Positions 49,141 to 62,784 of a stretch of 64,000 bases of DNA are shown one piece after another. The position numbers were made by a program, and so were the translations under genes. Source of the stretch: Raja brachyura (Eukaryota); contig OY740820.1 in assembly GCA_963514005.1 (NCBI GenBank), positions 17,546,001 through 17,610,000 on the forward strand, given 5' to 3'. The notes beneath the pieces were generated by a model that saw only the letters and a list, made by a program, of their open reading frames with translations, was not told the origin of the DNA and searched no databases. Each line of letters starts with the position of its first letter. Position 1 is the first letter of the stretch.

Positions 49141-52100
49141 GTTTACACTTACTTGAATAAATATGCCACAAAGCCTCATTTGCAATGTGGTCATATTCTG
49201 GTCTGCACTGAATGCTAAATTGAAATGAATTGGAAAGTATTCTCTATTGAATCATAGTTTAGTCAACGCCAATTAACAATAATAACAGTAATAATTAAAA
49301 GGATATTTCAAATAATGAATTGCATGTCAGAAAATATATTAAACTTAAATGCACTGTTTGAAAAATACTTTGCATTTTGATAAATGGCATTTATACCTAA
49401 ATCACTACTCAGACTATTTGTCAAACCATTTTTAAAAATCTAATTAAAATTGATTTTTTTCAGCTAAATATTAAACACAGTGAGCTGCAGCATCAGGAGA
49501 ATGAGGTTAAGGGTGCCATGGTTAGCACAATGGAAGGTTTATATAGATGAATATTTGATTTCTGTGTCCTCAATACCAAATCCAGGCTTAAGGAAACATT
49601 GCATCAAGATCATTAATAGTCATAAATATTTTACAGGTTCTGCATCTTATTGATAGTTTTATGTAGAACTCACAATTACAAGTTTGGAAAATGACAACGA
49701 CGTAATTTCTAAAGATCCGAGTGTCTATCTGAATGAACATTTAGGGTGGTCTTTTAGAACATTTGAAGAAGTTCAGGAATTCTGTTTAGTTGGGCACAAT
49801 TCTTGGAATTGAAGGCATGGCAAACAAAAAGATAAGTAGCTGACATTCTGTGCAGTAAATCCACAGACGTCTTCTTTATCTTTGAACCGGGAAATTTATT
49901 ATTCAAGTTTTGCTCCAAGTTTTCAAACCCTATGCAATCCACTAGTGAGCATGTGATGCAGGTTTTCAATGAGACGATAATTTGCATGCTCATTTATTTA
50001 ATCCCTAGATAAAGGAGGTGCATCATATCATAACACTTTTTTTGCGGTCAAAGTCCTTAATGGAGAGTAATTATTGACCCGAGCCGTTAAGTCAACTACA
50101 CCAAGGCAAAATAATTCAAATTAATCTAGGTCATCGACTTGCAAGTGCCATAAAAGATTATCTTCTTTACGTTTACTTAACTTGCTTATTGCTCTTTCCA
50201 GAAATAACATGCATCTTTAGCAAGGAGTACATTATTTCTTGCATATTCTGTAATTTTGACATTTCCAATTAAAATCAAGATAGAAACACATTGCACGCAT
50301 TCATACTATAACTTTGCCATTAAATAATTCCATCGTTAAATACATCTCAAAATACTTTCTTTCCAAAAAGCTCTCAGATTTAAATGTTAATTAAAAATTC
50401 TACTTTTCCCTGATGTCAGCCCCCATGGGTGTATTAGTGTAATTCTGTAATGGAGGGCAGATACATTTCCTGTAACATGCCTATAGATAGGTCACTTAGT
50501 CAAAAGCCCTCAATTGTCAGGAAGTGCTTCACATATCAAGTACTTTTCAGGAAATAGAATTGAATAAATATTAGATGCAATCAATAAGGGCATGAGCCTT
50601 TTAAGCCTTTAAAGTACATTGGATGGGATCTATATGCACCAGAAATGTTCCAAAATATAATTTTGAAAATGTGATGGCCTAACCAATGAACGGAAAGGTT
50701 CTCTGCTGGAGAGTCCAGTAACAAGAATAAAATCATTACAAATCCCTTAGTGGAACAATTGAAGGGTTCTCTAAACAGATGTTGAACTTCCAATGAAAGG
50801 ATTTTCATTCAGGTAAGGACATGTCAGGGCAGTGCAGAAAGCATCAATGGTACAATGAAGATACATATTCAGTCTCCCCAGAAGCACTTGAATTACACCA
50901 AAACAAGAACAAGATCTAATTTATTCTAGGTGGCTACCCGGCAGAAAGCTTTTATTCAGTAACAACCAACTCATCTAGCAGATTGATCTTTTATCATATT
51001 TCCAGCCTTGAAATGACCTGACAGAAATCAATTTTCATGCCTATTTCGCAAATCTCGGTTATGGATTTGGTAAAGATGTGATAATCGCAGTAAAGTCGAA
51101 GGTTAGCAATAATTCACTTTCACTTCTGCTTTCAACAGTGGAACTGCATTTGTTTCCCTTGCGTTCACTAAATGACAGATGAAATCATTTGTTTCCATTC
51201 CTACTGTCCAGAAACATATGGAATGACATAAAATGAACCATGATCAAGATCATTCCATGCTGGACAACACAGAGGATTACATTTTTGGATAAAGGATCAT
51301 ATACACAAACAGGAAACCAATCAAAATTTCATCAATGCTCTGCAGGAATGCTCTACACTCATATAATGATTACAAAAAGATAATCTCATATCTTTAATTT
51401 AAAGATTTTGTTCCACCTTGTGAGCTGACAGTGCACCAGATTTTTCAAAATATCCTGACAAAGATTACATAGTTTATTCAACACATTTTCTATGCTTTGT
51501 ACTTAAGACACGACTACAAATAAAAATAGAGAATGTGATAAATAGTGCAAATAGACTTTTGGTCAGCTGAATACCTTTGTCTTAAATTAATCTACAAACC
51601 TTTGAGCCGGATCTAAATGACATAATCATACTCAGACTCAACAGTGACTTACTTTTTATTCAGTGGTATTCACAGCTAAACATTTTGAAAGGTAAGACAA
51701 CAGCAACAAATACAAAAATAGACACAATGTAATTAAAACTTTGCAGTATTGCACAGAAACAAGTGCAAATGTAGTTAAATTTTAATGCATACATTGTAAA
51801 TGGCTCAAAGCTCTTGTACAGAAAACATGTATACTGCATACTATCCATTTTCATTCATGACACCCATCATTTGTTCTACCACTGACATCACAACTCAAAT
51901 AACCCAAATCTACAATTCATTTTGCAAAGCACAGCAAAATATAAATGGTCAAAGTACTATTCAGTTAAGAATATGATGTCAAAATTGCAAGATCAGAGCC
52001 AACTCCTTAAATATTTTAAAGACTACATTCTTGACTACAGCAATTTCTCAAATATCAGGAAAAAGACTTTTGATAACATCGAGAATCAGCAGAAAATAAA

Positions 52101-53444
52101 ATGCTGATCGATGACAAAAGTGACAATGTTTAAACTCTCAATTTATATCTGAAGCAAAGATACAACAAATATTGTGAACTTACCTTCCACAATCCGTGTC
52201 CTGCACTACATATCACAGCTGCTCAGTACAATGCACGAATAAAGTGCACTGTGTAATGGTAGCAGGAGATTCTCCCCAGTGATTCCAAGACCCATTAAGC
52301 TTCACTCAGATGATGGATTTAATCAGTTAAGATTTAAAAAAATCTAAAGTCTAATTTCCCATGATTCCCTCTTAATCCCAATCACAGTTTTAAATGTTCT
52401 TATTAGTTTGTGAACTTTTGATGTGGTTTGAAAATTCCACTTTCAAAATATATTTTCTCATGGATCCAAGTGGACCTTCCAATGATAGAAAAGCTTTTAA
52501 AATAAGCCGTTTTCATTAAATATTCAACAGTCGAAATGAAAGTAACAAGTATTAAAAACATGTCCATCTTTACTGCCTGACCAATCGTTGCAATTTTATT
52601 TCCCTTTGTAAATATTTATCTCATTCAGGTGATTTATTTTATTCCAATAATAACAAAAGTATTAGCTAGGCAACCAAAATATTTACGTAAATATGCTAAA
52701 ATATAGATAACATATCAGGCAGTTTACAGATACTAATAATCATAGAAATCAGATTGTCTGTTGAAATGCCAATGGGATCAGATTTGAAATTCAGAACAAA
52801 ACATGGATGATACATATTTGCTTTTACTTCTGAAGTCATCACATCAACTATCGCTCATCAGTTTGCACAATTTGATCGAGTCATACAGAATGGAAATATG
52901 CCACTCGGCCCACCATGTCCGTGCCAGCTCGTGAGCACCAAACCGTATTAATCCCATCTTTCAGCACTTAGCCCACAGCCTTCTACGCTGGGATGATTGC
53001 CGTGCTTGAATAAACACTTGTTAAATAAAGTTAAATTGCTGGAAATTTTTAATTCAAGTATGACCACTCAAATGTATAGATTTCCAGTGTGCATTTGAAA
53101 ATGCAAACTACCAAATTATTTTCATCCCTTATTAATATTTGTGCTAGAAATGAAGGAATTACATAATAATAATAATTTTCTTCCAATCCACTGCCAAAGG
53201 AAACTAAGAATATAATAGATAGCGCACAAGAACTGAAGCTTCCAAGCACCACTTGAATAAATTCAGAAACTAAACAACAGCCTTTGTAAACCATCAGCAA
53301 TGTGTCACCCACACATTTTAGCAGCCAAAAAAAAAATTGGAACGGCATTAGAAACAGTAAACATGTATCCATGTACAGCTAACATAATTAATTCAGCATG
53401 ACCTATCTCTACTGAACAGCATCAAACAGTTGAGAGTGTACAAC

Positions 53445-53715
53445 CGGGTGGCACAGTGGTGCAGCCAGCAGAGTTGCTGTCTCACTGCTCTCGTGACTCC
53501 TCAGTCCTGAACTTGAATCATTACCTCTGTGTACTGATTCTCCATGTGTCCGCCAGGTGCTCTCGTTTACGCCCACATCCCCAAAATGTGCCAGTTTGTA
53601 GGTGAATTGGCCACTGTATAAATGAATGGTAGAAGTTGAAAGGAATTGCTTGGAATGTATGGTAGAATAAAATGGTCGGTGTGGATGAGGTGGGCCTGAT
53701 TATCCATGACTCTAA
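53445..53715 (+). mobile_element. HE1-like SINE
   Basis: ggcacagtggtgcagc...gagttgctgtctcac...cccacatccccaaa. Confidence 0.7.
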
Positions 53716-53777
53716 CCCTCTGCGGTTTATGTTGTACTGAATCAAAATCAGGAAGCAAGGACCTGAGGACCTCCATT

Positions 53778-54312
53778 CAAGGACCTAAGTAGTCATTCCA
53801 GGTGCAGCGAGGTTCACCTGCACCTCCTCCAACCACATCTATCACATCCGCTGCTCTAGGTGTTAGTTGCTCTACATCGGTGAGACCAAGCGTAGGCTTG
53901 GCGATCGCTTCACCCAACACCTCGGCTCAGTTCGCAATAACCGACCTGATCTCCCGGTGGCTCAGCGCTTCAACTCCCCCTCCCATTCCGAATCAGACCT
54001 TTCTGGTCTGGGCCTCCTCCATGGCCAGAGTGAGGTCCACCGTAAATTGGAGGAGCAGCACTTCATATTTCGCTTGGGCAGTTTACACCATAGCAGTATG
54101 AACATTGACCTCTAATTTCAGGTAGTCCCTGCTTTCTCCTCCCCTTTCCAGCTCTCCCACAGCCCACTGTCTCCGCCTCTTCCTTTCTTCTTCCCGCCCC
54201 CCCCCCCCCCCCATCCCCTCATCTGAAGAAGGGTCTTGACTCGAAACGTCACCCATTCCTTCGCTCCATAGATGCTGCCTCACCCGCTGAGTTTCTCCAG
54301 CATTTTTGTCTC
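53778..54312 (+). mobile_element. Penelope-like element 3' fragment: GIY-YIG endonuclease remnant plus terminal repeat
   Basis: FTCTSSNHIYHIRCSRC*LLYIGETKRRLGDRFTQH...LEEQHFIFRLGSL, then poly-C and CTGAAGAAGGGTCTTGACTCGAAACGTC (54223-54250). Confidence 0.92.
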
Positions 54313-54359
54313 TCTAAGATTAATTCTGCAATATTTTTGAAATTAAAAATCTGTTTTTG

Positions 54360-54620
54360 CAGCATGGAGGTGCAGCAGTCGAGTTGCTGCCTTACAGCAT
54401 TCAAGATCCGGGTTTGATCATGACTATGGGTTCTGTCTGTACGGAGTTTGTACATTCTCCCTGTGACCGTGTGAGTTTCCTCCAAGTGAATCAGTTTTCT
54501 CCCACAATCCAAAGATGTGCAGGTTTGTAGGTTAATTAGTGTGTAGGGTAGAATTGGTGTACGGGTAATCATTGATTGGTGCGGACTCGGTGGGCGAAGG
54601 GCCCGCTTCCATACAGCATT
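54360..54620 (+). mobile_element. HE1-like SINE
   Basis: Colinear with 28935-29237. Confidence 0.8.
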
Positions 54621-55449
54621 CGACTGCCAATTGCTAAAAATAGCATTAGATAAAAGGATAGCATCGATGACTCAAACTATACATAACACTTTGTTCAGAT
54701 GGGAAGCTGTTCTGCAATGATACGCTTAGGTATATAGAATATGTTAAACCACAACATAAATTTAAATCCAATTTATCGGATTTAAACTTAGGCTTCCAAT
54801 CTTTTTCTTGCGTATTAAGCCAAGATGCAATAACCTGATCTTTGCACCTTAATTAACCCAAATTACACATTCTCTAATTAAGAACAGTGGCTAGGAATGG
54901 AGCTATTCAGGAAGGACATTGCAGATAAAAAAAATGTTCTGCAAACAATACAAAGCTCGCCCCGGCAAAGAGTTTAAGTGGGTTTTAATCTGAAGTTCAA
55001 AACTGCTAACTTTCAATTTGGATGTGCAAATTCCAATAATTAGATACCACGGAAGTAAATACAAACTGATACGCTGAAAGTATGGTTTTCTATTTGTTAT
55101 ACAATTTTGTTATGCCAAAGTCGTTTAGTCTTAATTTATCCTTTGTGCTTGCATTTGAAGGTGGAACATGCTGCACTTTCAGCCAGCTGCAGAAGATGGA
55201 AACTTATAATTGAAGTTGTTGCTATGGTGATATCAATCCCGATGATGGAAAGTTAAAACTCATCGGAAGACTAATTCACAATAATGATACACCAGCAGGA
55301 CTTTGAGAAAAAAAAATTGTTGTGGATCATAGACAATATTGGACATTGCACAGCTTGCTCTTGCCTGGTTTTGATATTAATTGGGAATCACTATGTCAGA
55401 TCATATTGTTTGATCAATTTTGTATTATATTCATTAAAGATAATGTTAA

Positions 55450-55900
55450 AGTCATTGGGTCGTACAGCACTGAAACAGGCCACCTGGCCCAACTCATCCA
55501 TAGCAACCAGGATACAAAGTGAATCCCATTTACCCGTGTTTGGTCCATATCCCTCCAAACTATTCCTATCCATGTCCATGTTCAAATGGTGTTATTGTAT
55601 CTACCTCAACCTTCCTTCGGCAGCAATTTCCATATGTACCCTCTGTGTTAAAAGGTTGCCTCCGAGGTTCCTATTAAATCTTTCCCCTCTCATTTTAAAT
55701 CTATGCCATTTAGCTCTTGATTCAAGAGCTATCCAGGGACAAAGGATGCATTCACCTTATTTTTTTCCATGATTTTGTACATTTCTATAAAATCACCCCT
55801 CACTCTCTTGTGTTCCAAGGCAAAAACCCTGCCCAAACTCCCAAATGCTCAGGCCCTAAACTCCTGCCAACGGCCTCGTAAATCTTCTTGCAACCATGTT
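55450..55900 (-). mobile_element. CR1 subfamily B-like 3' fragment
   Basis: MDRNSLEGYGPNTGKWD; similar to 10452-10909. Confidence 0.8.
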
Positions 55901-56159
55901 GTATAACAGTAAATGAAAACCTACCCAGAGCATTTTTTAAAATTATTGTGGTTGCAGTATTTGGAGGTCAATTTTACACTGTGGTATCACAGACAATCTC
56001 CGTATCACAGCCCTCAGGTAATGGAAATTCACTCTTATAAATGATTTGCCAAAAATTCGATATACAGAATAAGATTTGTTGTCACAAATTCAAATTCTGT
56101 TCTAGGTTGGTACTTTATAGTTTGCCACAATAAATTTCAAATATTTCAATAACAGTGGA

Positions 56160-56600
56160 GGAATGGGGGATGGATTCCTAAGCCAGGAGTGGCTTGGGGG
56201 GCAACTTCCAGATGATGGTGTTCCCATGCTATGCTGACCTTGTCTTTCTAGCTGGCAGAGGTCCGAAGTTTGGAAGATGCTGCATAATGAGTCTTGGTGA
56301 GTTACTACAGTGCATCGTGTAGATGGTGCACACTGTTGTTACAGTGAGTCAGTGCTGGAATGAGTGAATGATTGTGGATAGACTAATATATGTTCATTAT
56401 GGTAGAGCATCTTGAATTTTATTGAAGCTCCACTAATTCAGGCAAGTGGAACTTATTCCATCACATACCCGTCTTGAGCCTTGAAGATGGTGGTTAGTCT
56501 TTGGAGATTTAGGAGGCAAGTTACTGGGATTCTAAGCCTCTGAGCTGCACTTGTAGCCATATTGTGTTTATGGCGGCTCCAGTTCAGTTTCTACAGAATG
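56160..56600 (-). mobile_element. Old CR1/L2-group LINE fragment
   Basis: Reverse-complement similarity to 2700-3040. Confidence 0.6.
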
Positions 56601-57127
56601 CATAAGGAAGCTCAAAACAGGAGATAGCGATGGCAGAAAAGTGAAATATCAAATCTATGGCTGTTGCAAAACAATTCACCATGGCAACAATACCCATGTA
56701 AAACAGATTGTACCTACTTTTCAAATCAAGACTCAAAACACTGCCTGTGCATTCCCACATATAAACTTATTATGTATGGTTACCAAATTCAAGTGCACCA
56801 ATTTCCTGTAGAATCTCTTCAAATATCTTTAGAAAATTATTATTTCTCTAATGTTTGTTTAGCACACAACAAAATAAAAATATTTTATATTTGGTGTAGC
56901 AAACATGTTGCAATCAATGCAAGAGATTCAATTATAGCTCAGGCTGGAATACATCGAAATACAGAGAGAGGCTCACTATGTTCACCGATCATTGAATTTG
57001 TATCTAGCTGTGCATCTTAAAAGGGGGATTTAAGTTATGCCCCCTTATGAGTCTTCAATAAGAAAGGCCTACTCTTTTCTCTCAATCCTGACTTTAATAC
57101 AACAGTTTGAATAGACAATCAGTACCT

Positions 57128-57211
57128 TGGTTTACTGACGTTGAAAGCAAGGTAGTTGTTCTGGCACCATTCAATCAGACGATCCATCTCCCTTCTATGC
57201 TCCCACTCATC
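57128..57211 (-). mobile_element. Rex/Babar RT fragment
   Basis: DEWEHRREMDRLIEWCQNNYLAFNVSK. Confidence 0.65.
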
Positions 57212-57359
57212 AGAGGAGTGGTAAACCAAATAGTACCTATCCCCATCAAAAACAGCTTCATTCAAGATAATCTATGATAACTAGGAATGGGGACTTCCCA
57301 AATATTTTTCAATCTAATTATATGGAAAAACCCAAGGGATATTACAATGTTATAAAGAA

Positions 57360-57520
57360 CTAGACCAACTGGGACCCGTTGGGTCCCTGTCACATGGGAG
57401 GCCTGGTCCGCCAATGCAAGATTGCACCACTCACCCATAGCCTCCACGGGAGGAATGGTCCCCCAACGCAACCCGTTCCCCGAGGCAATATTCCACCACT
57501 CACCCGTTTCCCAAACGGGA
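57360..57520 (-). mobile_element. Helitron-like 3' terminus with internal repeats
   Basis: Minus strand GGGACCC-AAC-GGGTCCC hairpin, 7 nt, then CTAG|T. Confidence 0.6.
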
Positions 57521-58989
57521 GGGAATTATGTATCAGAAAATAAGTTAAAAACATGTTTCATATACATCTTTCAGGCAAATTTGTCTATACTTACACTAAT
57601 CTTCTATCTGGAACAAGATGACTTCTTGTAAAGATCTCAGATAAGATATCTGCGGAATGAAAGTACAATCATGAGTAAATGAAGGATGTCACCCAATTAT
57701 TTAAATGATTGCAAGGATAATCCAAGTAAATACAATAGTACATTTCGAAAGAAAATTAGTTGTACTAGGTCGTTAAAACGAAAAATAAATGAGTGCAGAA
57801 TGGGCACATAAAGATCTTCAGATTACAGGTTCGACCTCCAATTTAAAATGAAGTTGATTCCACCAAACCGGTGGAAGGGAGCACAGAGATAAGAGGTAAT
57901 ATAAGACTTCAAGCTTGCTCCTCCATTCAAGCGGGATTGTGGCCAATTCTATACCTCATCTTCCTTCTTTCCAATTTTCATATCCTTTCATGCTCCTGGT
58001 GCCTCAGCTTTAATCTAACCATTGACCAAGATTACAGTGGTGTAGAATTGATTTTTTTTTATAAGGAATTTCTCATCATCCAGGTCATTAACAGCCAGAC
58101 CCTTATGTTAATGTATCCCTAGTTCTATGAATGTTCAGTTTTACCTCAATGTTCCGCGGGGCAGGACAGGAGTGATACTCCTTTTAAATAATTTGTGTCA
58201 CTACATTTCTAAAAGCAATCCCATCATATGCATGTAAATCAGGTGACCAAAGACTTAAGTAGATGTAAAGATCAAATGATCAAAGACTGAAGTGGGTGTA
58301 AAATTACATTTCTCAAATAAAATAAAGCAAAAATTTAGGATGCATGATCTTAAGTTGAAAAAGGATCTATAATTTAGAAGACCAATTAACATTGAGGTTA
58401 AAGATTTCAGAATTTGTGATATGAATAATTTATTAAACATGGAAAATTATTTTTTATTTGAAAATGTTATAAATGTAATGCTTTATCTGGAAATAGTTAA
58501 AATCCAATTCAAAAACTCACCAACAGGACAGGAATTTATACATTTAAAGTCATATTCAAGCTTTTAATTCTGCCAATGCACAGATTTTAACATGTGACAT
58601 TCTATTCTCCATTATTCCAAGTCTAGATATTAAAATAATGTTTTAAACTAAAGTGAACCGAACAAGTCTGTGTTCTGTGTTGCAGATGTTCAGAATCTCT
58701 TTCACAGTTCAACAGTTAACAAATGATCTGAAAAACTGTGCAAGCATTTGAAAATCTGAGAGACTAACTGGATTATCAGTTATTCATTTGACTAATCCAG
58801 TGGATTTCCTCACATAAACAACAGTATGAGGGAAAGAAAGGCATACTTTAAGCCAATGGTGCCAGGCATTCTCATGTTTATGAATCATGTCGCTACGTTT
58901 AAAAAAAAGTGTTCAATCCACCATGGACAAACTCACACACAAATCCAGCTATATCATCGGTATAGCAAAACTCAAAGTTACAGGAAGTT

Positions 58990-59285
58990 TCTTGGGCCTC
59001 CTCCATGGCCAGAGTGAGGACCACCGTAAATTGGAGGAGCAGCACCTCATATTACGCTTGTGCAGTTTGCACCCCAGCGGTATGAACATTGACTTCTCTA
59101 ATTTCAGGTAGTCCCTACTTTCTCCTCCCCTTCTCAGCTCTCCCTCAGCCCACTGGCTCCACCTCTTCCTTTCTTTTTCCTGCCCCCCCCCCCCCAACCC
59201 TCACATCAGTGTAAAGGGTTGAGACCCAAAACGTTGCCTATTTCTTTCGCTCCATTGATGCTGCCTCACCCGCTGAGTTTGTCTA
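58990..59285 (+). mobile_element. Penelope-like element 3' fragment
   Basis: LGLLHGQSEDHRKLEEQHLILRLCSLHPSGMNIDFSNFR plus poly-C and terminal unit. Confidence 0.88.
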
Positions 59286-59933
59286 TCTCCATCAGAACAA
59301 TTGAGTTATCAAAATTCAATTTACCATTTAACTAGAACGCCTGTGGAAATTAGGCAATAGCTAAATATTGCTTATCAGCAAAGCCAAAGACTGGTCAAAG
59401 AAGTCGAAAATCAATCAGTATTTTGGAAAGGAAATGAAGGAATACTACATAAAAAGGTCACGGATAGAAAGACCTGAACTTCAAAGTTGGCAGGTCAAAT
59501 TTTTATAAATGCGGTTAGAAAAGTACTACATCTTTGGATGAATAGAGACAGAGCAAAATAAAAAGTACTTTTAAACATTAATAAATCAATAGTTAGGCTT
59601 CATGTGCTGTACCATGTCCAACTTGGGCAAGAGAGGACATCACATAGCACCTCAACAGTCCTTTGGGGACATGGGAAGGGTTCAGGAATTTTGCAGTCAT
59701 AAAAAGGATGAGGGAATTGAAGGACGTTGACAGAATAGAGAAATTAGCAAAATTCGTACAGCAATTAACAGACAGAAAATATAATTCCATTGGTATTAAA
59801 AAAAGGTCCATATGTAGGGGATACTAATTTAAGGCACTGAGTGAAAGAATGAGAGGGAAGAGGAGGAAAATTGTTTGCATTAGGCAGTAAATTATAATCT
59901 ACAATGCCAGGCTTGAAAGGCTAGTGAAAGTAA

Positions 59934-60218
59934 AGGGCCTGTCCCACTGTACGAGGTAATTCAAGAGTTCTTCCGAGTTTCCCGGTTACAACTCGGAGAA
60001 TTACGGTAATAGCCGATTGTAGGTACTCGGGGCTCTCGTGGACATTTTTCAGTACTCATGAGTTTCCCAAGTACCTGTCGTTAGCATTACGAGCTGTTAC
60101 GAGACATCCACGAGCTCTGACATAGCCGCTACGTACATTCTATGAACTTGCCACGAGTTTGATTTTTTATAAACTCAGGAGAGCTCTTGAATTACCTCGT
60201 ACAATGGGACAAGCCCAT
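59934..60218. mobile_element. PIF/Harbinger-type MITE inserted in an old CR1
   Basis: About 34-bp TIRs AGGGCCTGTCCCACTGTACGAGGTAATTCAAGAG / CTCTTGAATTACCTCGTACAATGGGACAAGCCC; TAA on both sides. Confidence 0.85.
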
Positions 60219-60344
60219 TAATTTATTATTGTTTACAACTTTAATTTAACATATACTTGAAATTGAAAAACAATATAATATGGGTAAAGGATTGGATGGA
60301 GTGAAGGGGCCTTTTAAGATGAAAGTGGAAGAGTGTGGTGGGCT

Positions 60345-60860
60345 AAATAGAATATTGCGTGCAGTTCTGGTCACCACACAATAAGGAGGATGAGATTGCA
60401 CAGAGAAGATTCATTAGGATGTTGCTTGGAATGGAGGACTTTCATTGTGAGGGAGATTGGATAGGATGGGCTTGTTTTCCCCGAAGCAAAGGAGGTGGAG
60501 GGTGATGCAACAGAAGTATACAAGATTATGAGGCATAGATAGGGTAGATAGTCAGAATCATTTGCCCATTGTAAGTGGTCTAAAAACTAAGAGGATATAG
60601 ATTTAAGCTGAGAGAAATAAGTTTTAAAGGAGATCTGAAGGTTGTCTATTTAAGCAGTGTAGGTGATATCCTGAATGCACCACCGAGATGGTGGTGGAAT
60701 TAGATGCAAGTTCCGCATCTGAGAGGTATTAACACAGATACTTAAATAGGCAAGGCATAGGATATGGTCCAAATGAGATCAGTGTACATGGGCAAAAAGT
60801 TTGGCATGGTTGTGGTGGGCAGAAGGACCCACTTCCACATTATACATTTCTGTGACTCAA
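60345..60860 (+). mobile_element. Old CR1 3' fragment
   Basis: EYCVQFWSPHNKED...RRFIRML motifs. Confidence 0.75.
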
Positions 60861-62784
60861 TGAATGGCCTCTTACCTCTGTTGTATGGTTTAACATTATT
60901 CATATTTATGTCACTACTACAAAGGAAACTGAGTTCCACAATTGCAACACGCTGCAGCAATAACACGTGAAACTCCAATATGCGTGGATTGCAAAACATA
61001 ACTTATCAAGCTACAAGATTGTATAAGTAGAATCGCGAGATGTAGCACATGCAGTAGTTATTTTGCTCATACTGCCGGCTCTTTGATAAAGGTATCCAAT
61101 TAAAGTCAGAGTCATACAGCATGGAAACAGACCCTTTGGCCCACCATCAAGTACTCATGAGTCCTACCAAAGTATATACTGATCAGCAAACATTCAGTAA
61201 TCTGACTATTCTGTATTTCCCTTGAGAAATGTATAGTTGAATCTGTTCTCATTCCCATTTTAGAGCACAATAAACCCTTAAACAGTTTCCTCCTCATGTC
61301 TGCTCATACTTTGACCGATCATTAGTCTCTTCTTCTTAATGACCCTTCTCACATTTTAGTTACATTAAGAGCATAACCGTTCCAACCTGTTTGATCCATT
61401 ATACAAAACTGCGGAGTACAAAATATCCTAGATATGACACAACGTTAAGCATACATGGCTTCAAATAATAATTTCCTCTGGCTTGATTTATAACATCACA
61501 ATATTCTCTTTATTATTCACTAAAAAATGTCTGCTTATATTGGAATGTGGTTCCATGGATGACAGCAATAGCCACCCCATTCTATAATATCTCCCCTTCC
61601 TCTCTGGCCCAGTTCATCACATTAACTATTCATTCTTCTGCACACTTAGACATTGATTACCAATATTCTGGTGTAATGTTAGAAACAATCACACAGGAAA
61701 TTGACCCTATTCAGGACCTATGGACTCTCCCAAAAGTCATTAAAAAGTGATCAGCAGAACTCTCTGTGAATCATTACTCTCTTCTTAACCAGGACCAGGA
61801 AAGTGAAAGCTCATCATCAAAATGGCTAACTCAGAGTCCAACAATCAGAAATATATTTTATATATTACTATGACTAATCGCCCAACACAAAATCATACAG
61901 GTAAGCATGCAAATCAAAGCATTTTTTTTTAAATTAAAGGCTAAAGAGAGGGTGCAGAAGAGGTTTACCAGAATGCTGTCAAGATTAGAGGATATTAGCT
62001 ATAGAAGTTGGCCAAACGTTGATTGACGGACATTTCAGAGAAAATAGTCCATCACTTCACACATCTTTGAACAGGTACTTGAACCTCAAAGTTCTATCAT
62101 ATTCCTCCAAGAGGTACAATTCATAATTTATTAATGTTTATTATTGAATCTTAGAGTAAAAAAAAAACCTCGACACTGTTTGGGCAACATTACACATTAC
62201 AGGCATTCAGGTTAGGGAAATTCACCTTTACAGAATTTACAGATCACTACCCAAAAGTTTGAGATACAGAACTAGAGCTGCTCTAACAAAATTTATGTGC
62301 GAAAAATTAAATGAAATCAACCAAAAAATGCCTTCCAACTCACATTTCTCAGCACATGCACAAATGACACAGCTTTGCATTACAGAAAATTCCGATATGT
62401 CCCATTTTCAATGAACATGTGCATGTGCTGAGAAATCTCCATCCACCTCTCAGTGATGCAGGGATCACAGGTAATATTGACTCTGCAGCCATTGATGTGT
62501 AGCATTGAATTCATTTGTTTCATTGTTTTATAGCCATAACTATTTCACTATAAATTCAAAAGAGATGGACATTTCACAATTAGAACATATTTTTGATGGT
62601 TTCCCCAGATAATGTCCAAGTATCCATTTCCAGATGGGTGACCACATTAATTTTCTATCATACTTTGACTCATCTTTGTCCTCACGCAAACTCAAGGAAA
62701 TGCATCTCATCTTCCATCCTTTGAAAGAAGGGAGAATAATAGGAATTCCTTAAGAGTTTATTAAACCTTAACAAATACTACTGG

